64,000 nt of DNA from Ruditapes philippinarum (Eukaryota): assembly GCF_026571515.1 (NCBI RefSeq), contig NW_026865060.1:62001-126000 (forward strand), in the 5' to 3' direction. The position numbers and the translations under genes are program-made. The first letter of the stretch is position 1, and each line of letters starts with the position of its first letter. Positions 1-17,100 of the stretch are shown here, in pieces. The notes under the pieces are model-generated. The model saw only the letters and a program-made list of their open reading frames with translations, ran no database searches and had not been told where the DNA came from.

Positions 1-358
1 AAAGTATGTCCTAGTCTGTATTTACATGATCATTACAAGATTTGACAATTATGTAATTAAAATAATGTTAATGTAAATTAAACATATTATCTTAATAAAC
101 AAACATTGATATTCTTTTATATCTTCTAAAACTTTAGCAAAATCATCTGTGATTATATTTACTATTATTTATTACACACCTCTCAGGTTTGTTTATACTG
201 AATACAAAACCACAGTTTAAAAAAAAAGACTGAATTTCCAAAACTGGAACTTCTTCATTAAAAGAAATCTTAATTTCTGATACTTCTTCCGTCATCAACA
301 TGATATAAAGTGACAACTATTATAAAATATTGAAGAAATGACAGTGGTGTGTGTGTAC

Positions 359-4579
<4,221 letters not shown>

Positions 4580-6835
4580 TTTGAAAATATTTCTAAAATT
4601 CCCTAAAACGTGTTATTTCACAAAAGACGGTGATCCGTGAAATCAACACGTACGTTAGACGCAAAAATTCTTGGCTAAAGTCTGTCCAACGTTCCTTTTT
4701 TTCCACGGGTTTGTGTTGCCTAAATTATATCGAAAGTCCTCAAGTCGTGTTATTTATCTAGTCTTCCATTTGTGTGAATGATTCTTTTAGAAGAAAAAAA
4801 GAAAGAAAAAGTCTGTATGGGTTACCTGAAATGATGCTAGGCAGCATAATCAGGCTTTTGAAATGTTTCAAAGTGCTTCTACAAGTTGACTGCAAGTAGG
4901 ATGCACTTGTCCAGATTGTAAAATATAAGTACATGTATTGGGAATTTTGGTGTAATTTGAGTTGAAGCTTTGGTTTTGTTCACACAAGTCAGAGGAACCA
5001 TAGTCATCTTATAAAACCCAACAGTTGTATACCACAGACTTCTTCCGTTATTCCCTCTGTATATTTTAACTTTTGTGTATTGGGGAATGTATAGGTATAT
5101 ATACACGATGATTCTATAGATTTGGTCAGCTTACAAATACTGATCATTTGCATGCCAATGGTATCAATATTTACAGACAAAATTTGCCATTGGTAGATTA
5201 ATTTGCAGACAGACGAGTACTAAGGTAGTGTTTGAAAGTCTTACTAATAACATCATTCAAAATGGCGATCCTGATCTGATTTTCATCATTAGACTTAACT
5301 AATCACTTTTGGCTGAAATAATGTTGGTTTGGTTGCCATTGTTACCAAAATGAGACCGTGCCTCCTCACAGTGGCTTAAATGAGGCAGATTTTTGGTCGA
5401 ACATCTGCTTATAAAATGCAATGATTTGCAGTCTAACAACTTTTGAGAAATTAATAATTAGGTAAAGAATATCATCAGGTTTTTACACAAAATCATGTCA
5501 AAAATGTTGAATTAAATATTTCATATAGCATATCTTGACAGGACTAATGTCTTTCAATCGACTTCCACAGTAATTAAGATTTTAGGTTTTTCCCAGGCAC
5601 AAACACACTTTTATCGTTACAGCTTCGAAAATAAGCACAACAAGTTGACTAATCTATTGTATATTGTGACAGTAGGGCACTGTGAAGCTATAACGGTACA
5701 GTTGGTACCTACAGATTAGCTGGGAAAAACCCACATTTGCCGAGTTCCGCATAACATCTATTATTTTTTATATCAATGAAATTAAATAAAAACAAACACT
5801 ACAAATATTTTAAATATTTTTTTCCTTTGACTTTCATAGCAAACAAATATCCAGACATATGCATTACACAAGAACAAATAATAAATTTGATAAACAAACA
5901 GCTTCACTATAAACAAGAGTTAATAAAATGTTTGCTGCATCTAGCAAACTACAATGTCATATACAAGTATCAGGTCAAACAACCATTACAAAATACATTA
6001 CATAAATCATGTATCAACTGAGGAATATTATTCTGAGACTTTTTTTGTAGTTAAGTTCATTAAAAGGAAAATTTTTGACTTCTTATTAAATTAAGTCAAA
6101 CTCTAATTGTACATCCTATGTCAAATTTTAAGATTCTCTAAAAACAAATTTTACTTATTCTTATATTTTTTTTATAAAAACCAACATAATTAGTTTCAAT
6201 AAAATAAATTTCATATTAATTGTGGCATAAAATAGACAAGTCCTAAAAACTATAAAAATTATCAGAGCAAACAATTGATAAAAGAACAAAACAAGTGTAT
6301 AATTTTCATGCAGTAACTAAAGAATGTCGGATTTATGTTTGCAGGTCTCCTTATCATTTGTTGTGTGGTTGTCAGTGGTATAACATTTTTCTACAATGTG
6401 ATTGTTTTCAGAACAAAAGTTTTCATAAAGATGCTAAAATGTTCACCAGTTACAATGACATTGACAAAATACTTACACACGAGAGAGACACAATATAAAT
6501 TATACCCTATACTCTTTATCATAGATGTTTTACCCTTCAAGTAATACCAAAATAACAATCAACAGAAATCAGGGACTGAAACCTTTGTTACAATACATGT
6601 CATTCATGAAAAACAACATAAATATCATAACAATAATTATTGAAGCAAAACATTGTGATGAAAAATGTCATAACATAATAATCACAGGGACTCGACTGCA
6701 GTATATATTTATTTCTAGATTTACATTTTACACTATCCCTCCACTATGTCGAGTCCCTGTGGTATTAACCCGCTTTTTGTAGAATGTCTTTAAAACTTCT
6801 CTTAATTAATGTAGAATAACACCAGTATAAATTAG

Positions 6836-7213
6836 AGCCAGTCTGTGCTGTCAGACCAGTCAAGCCAGCTTGTGCTGTCAGACCAGTCCAGGCAACCCGA
6901 GCTGGCGGACCAGTCAAGGCAACCTGTGCTGTCAGACCAGTCCAGGCAACCCGAGCTGGCGGACCAGTCAAGCCAGCCTATGCTGTCAGACCAGTCCAGG
7001 CAACCCGAGCTGGCGGACCAGTCAAGCCAGCCTGTGCTGTCAGACCAGTCAAGCAACCTGTGCTGTCAGACCAGTTAAGCCAACCTGTGCTGTCAGACCA
7101 GTTAAGCCAGTCTGTGCTGTCAGACCAGTTAAGCCAGCCTGTGCTGTCAGACCAGTCAAGCCAGCCTGTGCTGTCAGACCAGTCAAGGCAACCTGTGCGG
7201 TCAGACCAGTCTC
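6836..7213. repeat. 27-bp minisatellite (~14 units) with a 54-bp higher-order dimer block
   Basis: Unit CTGTGCTGTCAGACCAGTCAAGCCAGC alternates three times with the variant CCGAGCTGGCGGACCAGTCAA. The ORFs in several frames on both strands come from the 27-nt period. Confidence 0.92.
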
Positions 7214-8007
7214 TATACTGGTGGCTATATAATTCTTAACAGCTTAACATCAAATTCTCCCACATTTACAATTGACAGTAAGAAAAAAATTTATATTACA
7301 AATTTAGTATGGCAAGATTTCAACTTTCATCAACAGCTCTATTATGCACAAGCATTTTAGTGTTTTGCAACTTGAATCAGTCTTTTGTTCTTTAGTCATG
7401 AAATATACTTGTAGAAGTGAGGTATCTTTTAAATAAAAACAAGCAAATTTGTAAACTATATCCCTCACTGAACATCACAGCACACTGGGTGGAAACTTCT
7501 TACTTTTAAAATTATGTACCTTAAAATATGTGTACAAAATAATTTGGTACCTTTTATTATTACAATGTATGATACTAAGCCCAACCAATTAAGCAGTGTG
7601 AAGCAAATAGATATTCCTATTCAGATAAAACAACATCATATCTTCCTTGAAATACACATTCATGCTTAGATATATTACAATGTAGAACATCAGTATTGAG
7701 ATAAGCTTAAATTTTCCTTAAACATATTTCAATCTTACAAAGGGCCATAACTTAAATATACAAAATCGGATTTAAACAGAATTTGATTTGATGAGCATCA
7801 TTTCCTTATAGCATCATTTTCTTATTATAATATAAAATAACAAATAGCCATAACATAAAAATCTCTGGGTGGATGTTGATCCATATAATATTTCCTGTCA
7901 TGTTTCGAGATATTTGAACAAGATATGGATCCAGAAAGACTAAACACACCATTAAAAAATCCCCCTTCCAATTTTATCAGTAAGGTGATAGCAAATGATT
8001 TCTTTTA

Positions 8008-9222
8008 AACAAGCAATTATCATAGTATTGCAAGCAATCCATAAGTCCCCTACCGGTAAGAGCCCAAGCAACGTTCTGAAGGGCCATTGGCCATTCACTT
8101 ATGTTCCTATTTTAAGTAAATTTGTTAAAAAAGTTATTTAAAAGTTATCACAGGAAACAGTTTTTATGTACAGACAGACAGACTGAAGGACACTCTAAAG
8201 TTATTTTTTAAACATCCCTGTTATCAAAATATAACATTTTTAAAATCCTATCATGATTGAAGAAGTTGGAGTAAAAATTACCAATTTCTCAACAAAAAAA
8301 AAGTCTAAGTTCAAAAGGGGCATAATTCTGGAAATAGTTTTGCTAGAGTATTGAACACTCACAAATTTTGAGTGATAAGAAGAAACATTTATATGAAGTT
8401 TGACGTAGATACATTCAAAAAAAGAAGTTATTAAAAAAACAATGTTTTTTTTTTCATGAAAATTTTAAGTTCAAGGGAGGCAATTCTGATAAATTTTGTG
8501 CTAGAGTTGTAAACCTTGTCACATATGATGTGGTTGATGATAAGCAACTTATATTTAAAGTTTGAAGAAAATACCTTAAGAAATAAAGAACTTATAGTGA
8601 AAAAACTTAAAAACTAGAATCAGAAATCTTGAAATTCAGTCTATTTGTTGCCATAGCAACCAGAATTTTCAACATAGGAAGATAAGAAAAGGATGTGCAT
8701 AATTTCCATACTGCCATCTACCCATATTTCAAGTTTCATAAACATATTTTCAGTACTTTTTGTGTTATCACTGGATCCAGGTTATGTGTAAAATTTGCCA
8801 TATTTTCAGTCTATTTGTTGCCATAGCAACCAGAATTTTCAACATAGGAAGAAAGGAAAAAGATGTGCATAATCTCCATACTGCCATCTATCCATAAATC
8901 AAGTTTCATAAAAATATTTTCAGTACTTTTTGGGTTATCACGGGATCCAGGTTATGTGTAAAATTTGCCATATTTTCAGTCTATTTGTTGCCATAGCAAC
9001 CAGAATTTTCAACATAGGAAGAAAAGAAAAAGACGTGCATAATCTCCATACTGCCATCTATCCATATATCAAGTTTCATTAAAATATTTTCAGTACTTTT
9101 TGCGTTATCGCGGGATCCAGTTTTGTGGACGGACGGACTGACAGACGGACAGACAGACAGACGGACAGACGGACGGAGGGTAAACCTAAAGTCCCCTCCG
9201 GTAAACCGGTAGGGGACTAATA
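8008..9222 (+). mobile_element. HINE/pearl-like (Helentron-associated) non-autonomous element with tandem core repeats
   Basis: Perfect 14-bp subterminal inverted repeat AGTCCCCTACCGGT (8044-8057) / ACCGGTAGGGGACT (9205-9218), three 170-bp core repeats (8635, 8805, 8975), a (GGAC/AGAC)n microsatellite at 9126-9178 and a 3' hairpin at 9190-9218. Confidence 0.8.
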
Positions 9223-11157
9223 AAAAAAAAGAGTTAACAATTAGTGTATCAAATATAAATGAAGATATGGTTTGATTGACATTGATTACAAATAGCAGAA
9301 ATGCAGTCAAATTTTCTAACATATGAACATATTTGTCAGAGAAAAGCTATTTTGACTGAAGAATAAAAGTAAGAATTTACCATAATATTTGTTTTCCATC
9401 AGCTAATTAAACAAGTGAAGAATGTAGTATATGTAGTACAATGTACCACTGATAAAGTAGCATGCTAAACGAAGCATCACCTGGTTTATACTCATTTAAA
9501 TGTAGTTCTTTTATTATAAAGAATATTGCAGGACTGTGCTTTTCCCGATAGGTTTATTTTCTTTAGCTGATTGCTGTAATGTTATATTCACACATAAATT
9601 AAACAACTTTACCCAATTAATAACAGCGAAATAATTCACCAGAATAACACACAGAATTAATTTAATTCTTATATATATTTGGTAAAATGATTAAAATAAA
9701 TCTTAACAAAACCACAGGAATTATTTGTCCTTTAAATTTATTGTCAATACACAATCATCATGTACTGACTAAATATAATGTATGTAACAATTAAATATAA
9801 CTGTATTTTGCATCAAAAAACGAATTCATGTAATATACAGGTTAACGCTAGCTGATCACCAGTGGTAGAATAGAAATAATCTGTGTGTAACTATAACAAG
9901 GTTTCTGTGGTATTTCTATCTATCATCTTAGCCGTTTGTTTGATTCATGCATGTACACCAAACATTATAAACATTGTAATATATCGGAGTTACCCATATA
10001 TCATTTCTTCATTACAGTATAAACCTATTCAGTATACATTATGATTCAGTCCTCACTCAGTCATGTTATAACATTTAATATCAATAAACTTGTCATTAAT
10101 ATAAATCACAATGTTAACATAACACACTGTACCTATCTCTTTATATACAGGATATTAAACGATTTAAACCTATGTTAAAATGCCAGTCAGATCCTTCAAC
10201 AGAATTGAGAACAAAAACAGATAAAAATAACAGACTTAGTTCATGTAGTCTAATAAAGAATTTGAGAATTGAAAGAAAACAAAACCTGTCTGTGGACAGC
10301 ATACTTATGTGTTGGATAGGTTAAATAATAACAAGATAGAAAAAGATGCTAACTTTACAGATTTTTTTTAGCAGTTAATCTACCCTTTTGAAATCGTGTC
10401 CTTTATGACAATAGACATGTATACCAAGTTTGAAATGAATAGCTTTTATACCTTCTGAGAAAATTGAATCGACATTATTGAAAAGGTTAACCAATGCCAA
10501 TGAGTGGGTTATGACTATAGCTCCACTGTTTTTCTTCGATATGTACTGCTAATAATGTCTTGTTTATACTAGAAGTGCATGTCGTGTTACTATATAAGGT
10601 TTATGTTATAGTAACTGTTTCTTCAACATTATTACCAAATGTAAAATACTCTCTGAATTATGAAATTAATATTTCCAAATGGTGGCATTTATTTTGATAG
10701 TGCTGCTTTGTACATATTATTTCTACCACTGACAAACAAATATTTTATATAAACTATTTTTACTCAGAAATAAATGTATACTGAAAGAATATAACATTAG
10801 TTCAACTAAATTATACAGTGTAAAGTTACAGAAACCCTACGTTTGCACTACATTCCTGAACTTTCAATTTTGCTCTACATTCTTGAATTTTCTATAATTT
10901 CTTTTCCTAAATCCATCAGTATTAGTGCTATTCCAAAATTGATGAACAAACAACAAGGTTTAAAACAATACAAAATAGATGACAGTTAGGAGTTAGTTGT
11001 CTCACCAGTTTATATATACAAGCATCAAAGTCATGTTAGAAAAAACTTAGCTGGTATAAGATAAAAGATATCCATATCATTAAATAATAAATCCTGGATA
11101 AAAACAAATAGTTGCAGCGTGTGTTTTAATTATACATAGAAGTAAAGATATAATAGT

Positions 11158-14100
11158 TTATGTCATTCCGTTAGATGGATCATTATTGATGGGTGAATCA
11201 TCATCATCATCTAATATTGGTGTTATATTGTCTTTGAGAGAAGTGTCCTCACCACTTAAATCTTTTCTACAAACAGGACATGTTCCATGCTGAAAGTACA
11301 AACAAACTTATTTAACATCATTATTGTATTATAAAAACATCAATTAATAAGCATAATTTCAATCTTTTCTGAAACATACTGTTAGTGCAGACAATCTTTT
11401 CCAACACACAAAAAGTTTGATTTATTCATTCAATGCTACATAAAACAAGTATTAGCATCCAACTATGCTAGTAATTCTGCAGTTCAGCCCAGAATTCCAA
11501 AAAAATATTTTTTGTGAAATAGACTGAATAACAGAGCTTATGTTCCTCCTTTTAAGAGAAATACTCTAAATATTGTTTACCACAAAGGGGCCTACACACT
11601 GGTTTTGAGGTTCTTACATGAAGATTGTATTTTAATTCTATGTAAATGTAACACAACAAAAACATGGCAGATGACGAGCCCCTTAGGCTCCGCCTTTTTG
11701 GGATCTTTTGTCTACCATTTTGTTATCATGAGGTAATTAATTAATTCTCCATTTTCATAGGCTAAGGACAGGCAGGTACAGGTAGAAATTATCAATCTTT
11801 TTAATTGTTTATGTTGCCGTCCAGGTATGGCAACAAAAATATTGATTACTTTGAGTTAAATTCCAGGTTATATAGAAAGTACAGATTTATACTGGCAAAC
11901 TTTTACTCAACAATTTATTAAAGAAACTAGTAGAGATACAGGGATAATTTCACTATTACACCTGATATATTTTTGGTATAGAAAGAAATGAATTGTATTT
12001 TCATATCTTAAATAACTTACCAGATTAGAAATATTTTCAATTAAATATTAGAGGTATTTGAGAAACGGAGCCAAATTTCAAAGCCGGAAAAATCCATTAT
12101 CAAGTAAGTTCATAGGGTAAAGTTTATATGATATATTTTAGATATTTACCATTTTTAACCATGTGACAATGCAGTCTTTGTGGTAGTGGTGATCACAGGG
12201 GAGTTTGTTAACTTCTTCATTTATACTAAAATCATCCATACATACAGAACATTGTAGTACATTATCTGAAATATATAGCATGAATGTAGTTATAATATAA
12301 TAAACATAAAGTGACAAAATAATAAACATAATGTGACAAAATAATAAACATAATGTGACAATATAATAAACATAATGTGACAATATAATAAACATAATGT
12401 GACAATATAATAAACATAAAGTGACAATATAATAAACATAATGTGACAATATAATAAGCATAATGTGACAATATAATAAACATAATGTGACAATATAATA
12501 AACATAATGTGACAATATAATAAACATATCTCTCTTGTGAAATTAACACTATTATTTGGTAGGATTATAGGTTAATGCTACAAGATGACTTTATTGCTGT
12601 AACAATGAGCACCTTGTAGATGAATAACATACCATAATAACTTCTACTCACCAACTTGTGTCTGTGTTATAGATACTACAGGTAAACTGTCAATCTTTTC
12701 TTTTTGCGCTGGCGGGGCACCAGATCCCTCTAATTGATTTAAAAGCTGAAAAAAAGGAACAAACTTACTCAAATCTTCATATAAAATGACATAAACATGC
12801 TCTTAAAATTTCAGCACAAAAACACAGTTGTTATCCTACTAATGAACTTATGTCTTAAAATGAGCAACTATTTAGATTGAAGTGAGTCCCATTATGTTAT
12901 AAATTATAATACAGTAACATTTACTAAGAATGTGTCCATAGGACATTGATGTCCCCACATTCCACTGTTTAGTCATTATATGCATGAACAGAACGGCATC
13001 ATGATGGACAGACAAGGGCAAACCTGCTAAGTGGGGGGCATAAAAATAATTTATATGCAAAAACTGAAATTCAAAGGGAGATAATTCTTGTAATATAGTT
13101 GCCTAAAGTTATGCACCTTGTTATATATGTAACTAATCCTTAATGCATTAAAGACAGCATAAAAATATGTCACAGCATCCAGGTGTATTGAATAGTAAGT
13201 TCTTTGTCTAGTCAAGCAAAAAAATGAAAAAATTATGATATTGTAAGAATCTTACTTTTAGAATGTCAAGTGAAAATGCCAAGTTGTCTATAATATTAAG
13301 CAACAAAAAACAACAATAAGAAGAGAGAAACTTACTTGAGTAATTATAGCATCAAGTCCACCAGTTCCCCAGGCATAATCTTCAGGGTTACTATGTAGAG
13401 GTACTATACCAGGTAGTATGTTCCTTGTAAAAATATATATATATTCAACTAATTATTGTGTAACGATGACTTATCTAAACAATAATTAAAATAAAAATAT
13501 AGCTCAATAGTTTCCTCAAATGAAAGAATCCAGAATTTCTAAGGAAACAAACAAGTAGTTAAATTACCTAACCACTCTACAAGACAGGCTCTATTTATTT
13601 TCAATTCATTTATTAATTATTTTAACAAACAAATAAACTACACAAAACTGTTAACATGGTTAAACTGGGGCATACTGATAATACAAAGATAAGTTTATGT
13701 GCTATGGTTGAGGTTTCATAAATGTAAATACACTTATTACAGTAAGACAATTTGAAAACAACTAATGCTTATCCCTTGGCATTAATTACAAAAACTTTTT
13801 CAACCATTGATAGACCATGACCTTTGGTGGAAAAACCTGGCTGTTGTGCTATGCACATCATGACCACATTGTGTCAGGGTGGTGACTTTCTGGCCCAAAA
13901 ATCGTTCCAAAAACGTTATAGACCAGGAATGTGTGAGTGAAAACAAAATGCAGACTTTTTAATATTTGGACTTTGTAACCTTAAATTTAGGGGTAAAGTC
14001 TAGTTGTTGGGCTCTGAACACCATGTCAGCATGATGATCTTTTGTACCAAAATTAATTTAAAAACATTTCAGCAATTTAAAATAACTGTCAGAACAAACA

Positions 14101-17100
14101 AATATGAACTTTTTTTTTCTTATTTGCCCGTGACCTTTGATTGTTACTCTTTATACAACTTCTAAATAATGATGATCATAATGGTCATTTTATTTTAGAA
14201 CTTTTACAGCAGTTTATAATTGACAGAGCAGACATGACAATAATACAGATGGACGAACAACTTGAGGCTATTCCTATAGATGCTTTTCATATAGCCATTA
14301 TTACCTCCCCCGGCAGCCATTTTGCAGCTGGAGATGACTAATGCCATAAATACCCTTATATCATCAACAGATAAAATAACATAATCCAATTACAATCAGG
14401 GAAGGTAAGGTCAACTGAAACTGTCCATGAATCACCTATATATCAATTTACAGAAAGGAAATATAATTCTTGGTTAGCTTTCTTAATTCTGATATATGTT
14501 TCAGTTTTTATACAAGAGGAAATTTAATGGCAAGTTACCTGAGGTTTTTTTTGTATCTTTCATGTCACGATACTTTAAGTAAACTTGTCTTTTAACATTC
14601 AAATTTAAAATATTTACCTTGTCAAATTGTTACACTTTCCAAACAGATGAAAAGATGGTGTTTGAGTACAAAAAAGATCATCAAAATAAAGATCATATAA
14701 TATTGAAGTTGATAATATATTAAGAATGGCAGCCACAGAAAATAATGCATAAAAATGCATGCTATATATAAACTAATTGTAAAATCAAATAACATAAAAC
14801 TGCTGTATAAACTTACACTGGAATTCCTTGCATGGTGAAACCCCCAGAACCCCCACCCCCGGCACCTAATTCATTGTCTAATCTATCTGTAAAGTACTGA
14901 AATAACCTGAAATAATAAAATATATAACATTTTTATTTTCCAATTATAAATCAGTTATTATTTATACATTAACATTTTACATCAACTTCAACTACATAAA
15001 TATCTTCTACATTGAGATGCTGCTACATGAGAATTTTCAATTAATACTGTTTTAAAGCAAAAAAAGATAGTAGAAAATTAGTAGACATTGGGCACTGACC
15101 CTTGTAAATATTGGTTTCTTATTGGTCGTGCTCTTCTAAATGAGACACGTGATGGTTGGAAAGCTCTGTGTTGCCGCCGGGAGGAGCCTTCTTGTTCATC
15201 ATCATCAGAGTCACGGTCGCGAGCCCAGGCTACACCTTCATCACGCTCTGCTGTATGATTGCTAAAACTTTCTAAAAATGCTCGACCCCATAGCTGAAAT
15301 CATGAAACTTTAACATGAATTCTTTGCTTGGCCAAAACAAGCATTTACAAGTACACTTCTGAGACTTCCAGTGGTAGTTACTGTTGAATAAAAGTAGAAA
15401 CAGCAGATCCTAACATGTATCTATCACAAAATTATCATAAATTACCCTAACACAATATCTTTCTTATGTTATCACTAACAATTTGATATTTTGTGATAAG
15501 AACAGTAAAACCTATCTAATGGTTTTATTTGTATGTATATTCTTTTTGATATGCAGGTTTATTTATTCAAGTTTTTGTATGAAATTCAGAACAAGAAAAA
15601 TATTTCAAAAAGGAAATGTGGCAAGAATTTGGTCATAAAGTTAACAATCAAAAATTAAATGATCTATAAAACAACAATAATTAAATATCCAAATACAAAT
15701 GTACCTCTGCAAATCTTGCTGCAGGATCAGGAACAGGCTGTTGCTGTGGTGTACTACTACTTGTACCAGATGCTGTGTTTGCACCCCTACAACATGATCA
15801 TCAAATTTGGTAAATTTACAAATACAGGTTCACTAAAATAACCTCAATGTCTAATTCAAACCAATTAAGACAACTTAATTTTAACCCAAGACAAAAAAAA
15901 AAGAATTTCATTTTCATTTATCAGTTTAATTCTCATAAAACGACCATCTGTATGTATATATGTATATACTCGTTACACATAACCTTTAGATATATAACAA
16001 TGCTACTTTACCAAACTGCTTTCATTTGTCATAATAAAGGTCTTGATGATTATTAAAATTACATTCATACCTCAGAAACAAATAAATTCATAAAAAGCAA
16101 AAGATGGTTTTTATAACGTTTAAATGACCGTTTTTGAGCATGTAAGTTTTTCACTTGAACTAGCGCTGAATGTGAAATTGTCATAAAAGTAGCAAATTGT
16201 AAATTCTGACTTCCATACAAAACACTACAATGTAAATCACTAAAATACCAAAAAAGCAACAGAGCAAACGATGTTCAGGTAAAAAGTAGCAAAATGTGAA
16301 CAAATTGTTATTTTGTCATCACAGCAAAATTCTATATCAAAATAAAAATAAACAATGGTTCAACTAAATATGACTGTTTCAGAAACTGTAACAGAACATG
16401 AACTGTATTGAAAAAACAAAACTTTTGAGAAATGAAAATTATAGCATTTTGGAAGCTTAATTAGGCTTTTACTAACATGTATTTGAAAGATTTTCTTTAA
16501 AAACTAAAAAAAAAATCTAAAAATAATAATTAATATTAACTGTAATAAAGAAGCTTTATATCTATAACAACTTTCTTTTAAAAAATAATCTTGATTAAAC
16601 ACTAATATAAGGATAAACAAATTCCATTACAGATACAAATATGTGTATTTTGAAAATCAAGTCATTATTTATAACTTACTCTGATATTTCTTCTATAAAA
16701 CCATTGTCACATTCTGGACACGTAAAATCCTGCAAAAATATTTTCAACATATTAAATAATTAAGCCGTATTGGACAAGTATATTTTAAAATATTAACAGA
16801 ACTATTAACAACTGGAAATATACCATCTAATATACAGGTCAAAACATTAGAATTTCTGAATCAGGCAATGGTTTGTGAATTAACTCAGCAAAAAATATAA
16901 CAGGGCAAGCAACTGGTGTGCTTTATGTCTGTGGTAAACACTATCATTCTGAACCCTTATTTGTCGTAAACAATATAAATATAAATAATAAGTCAACTGA
17001 TGTCAGATAATTTTTTAAAAGTGTAACTCTTAATACAATGCTAAAAAAATTTATCTAAATACAAATTACAATGTTAGGTAAATTCAAATAACATTGAAAT

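Noticed and set aside
4880-5420. Coding-like composition upstream of RIOK2
   Set aside because: The frames I translated contain stops and give no recognisable protein.
6765-7232. Repetitive ORFs on both strands (e.g. LDWSDSTG repeats)
   Set aside because: They are explained by a 27-nt period, with no splice or start context.
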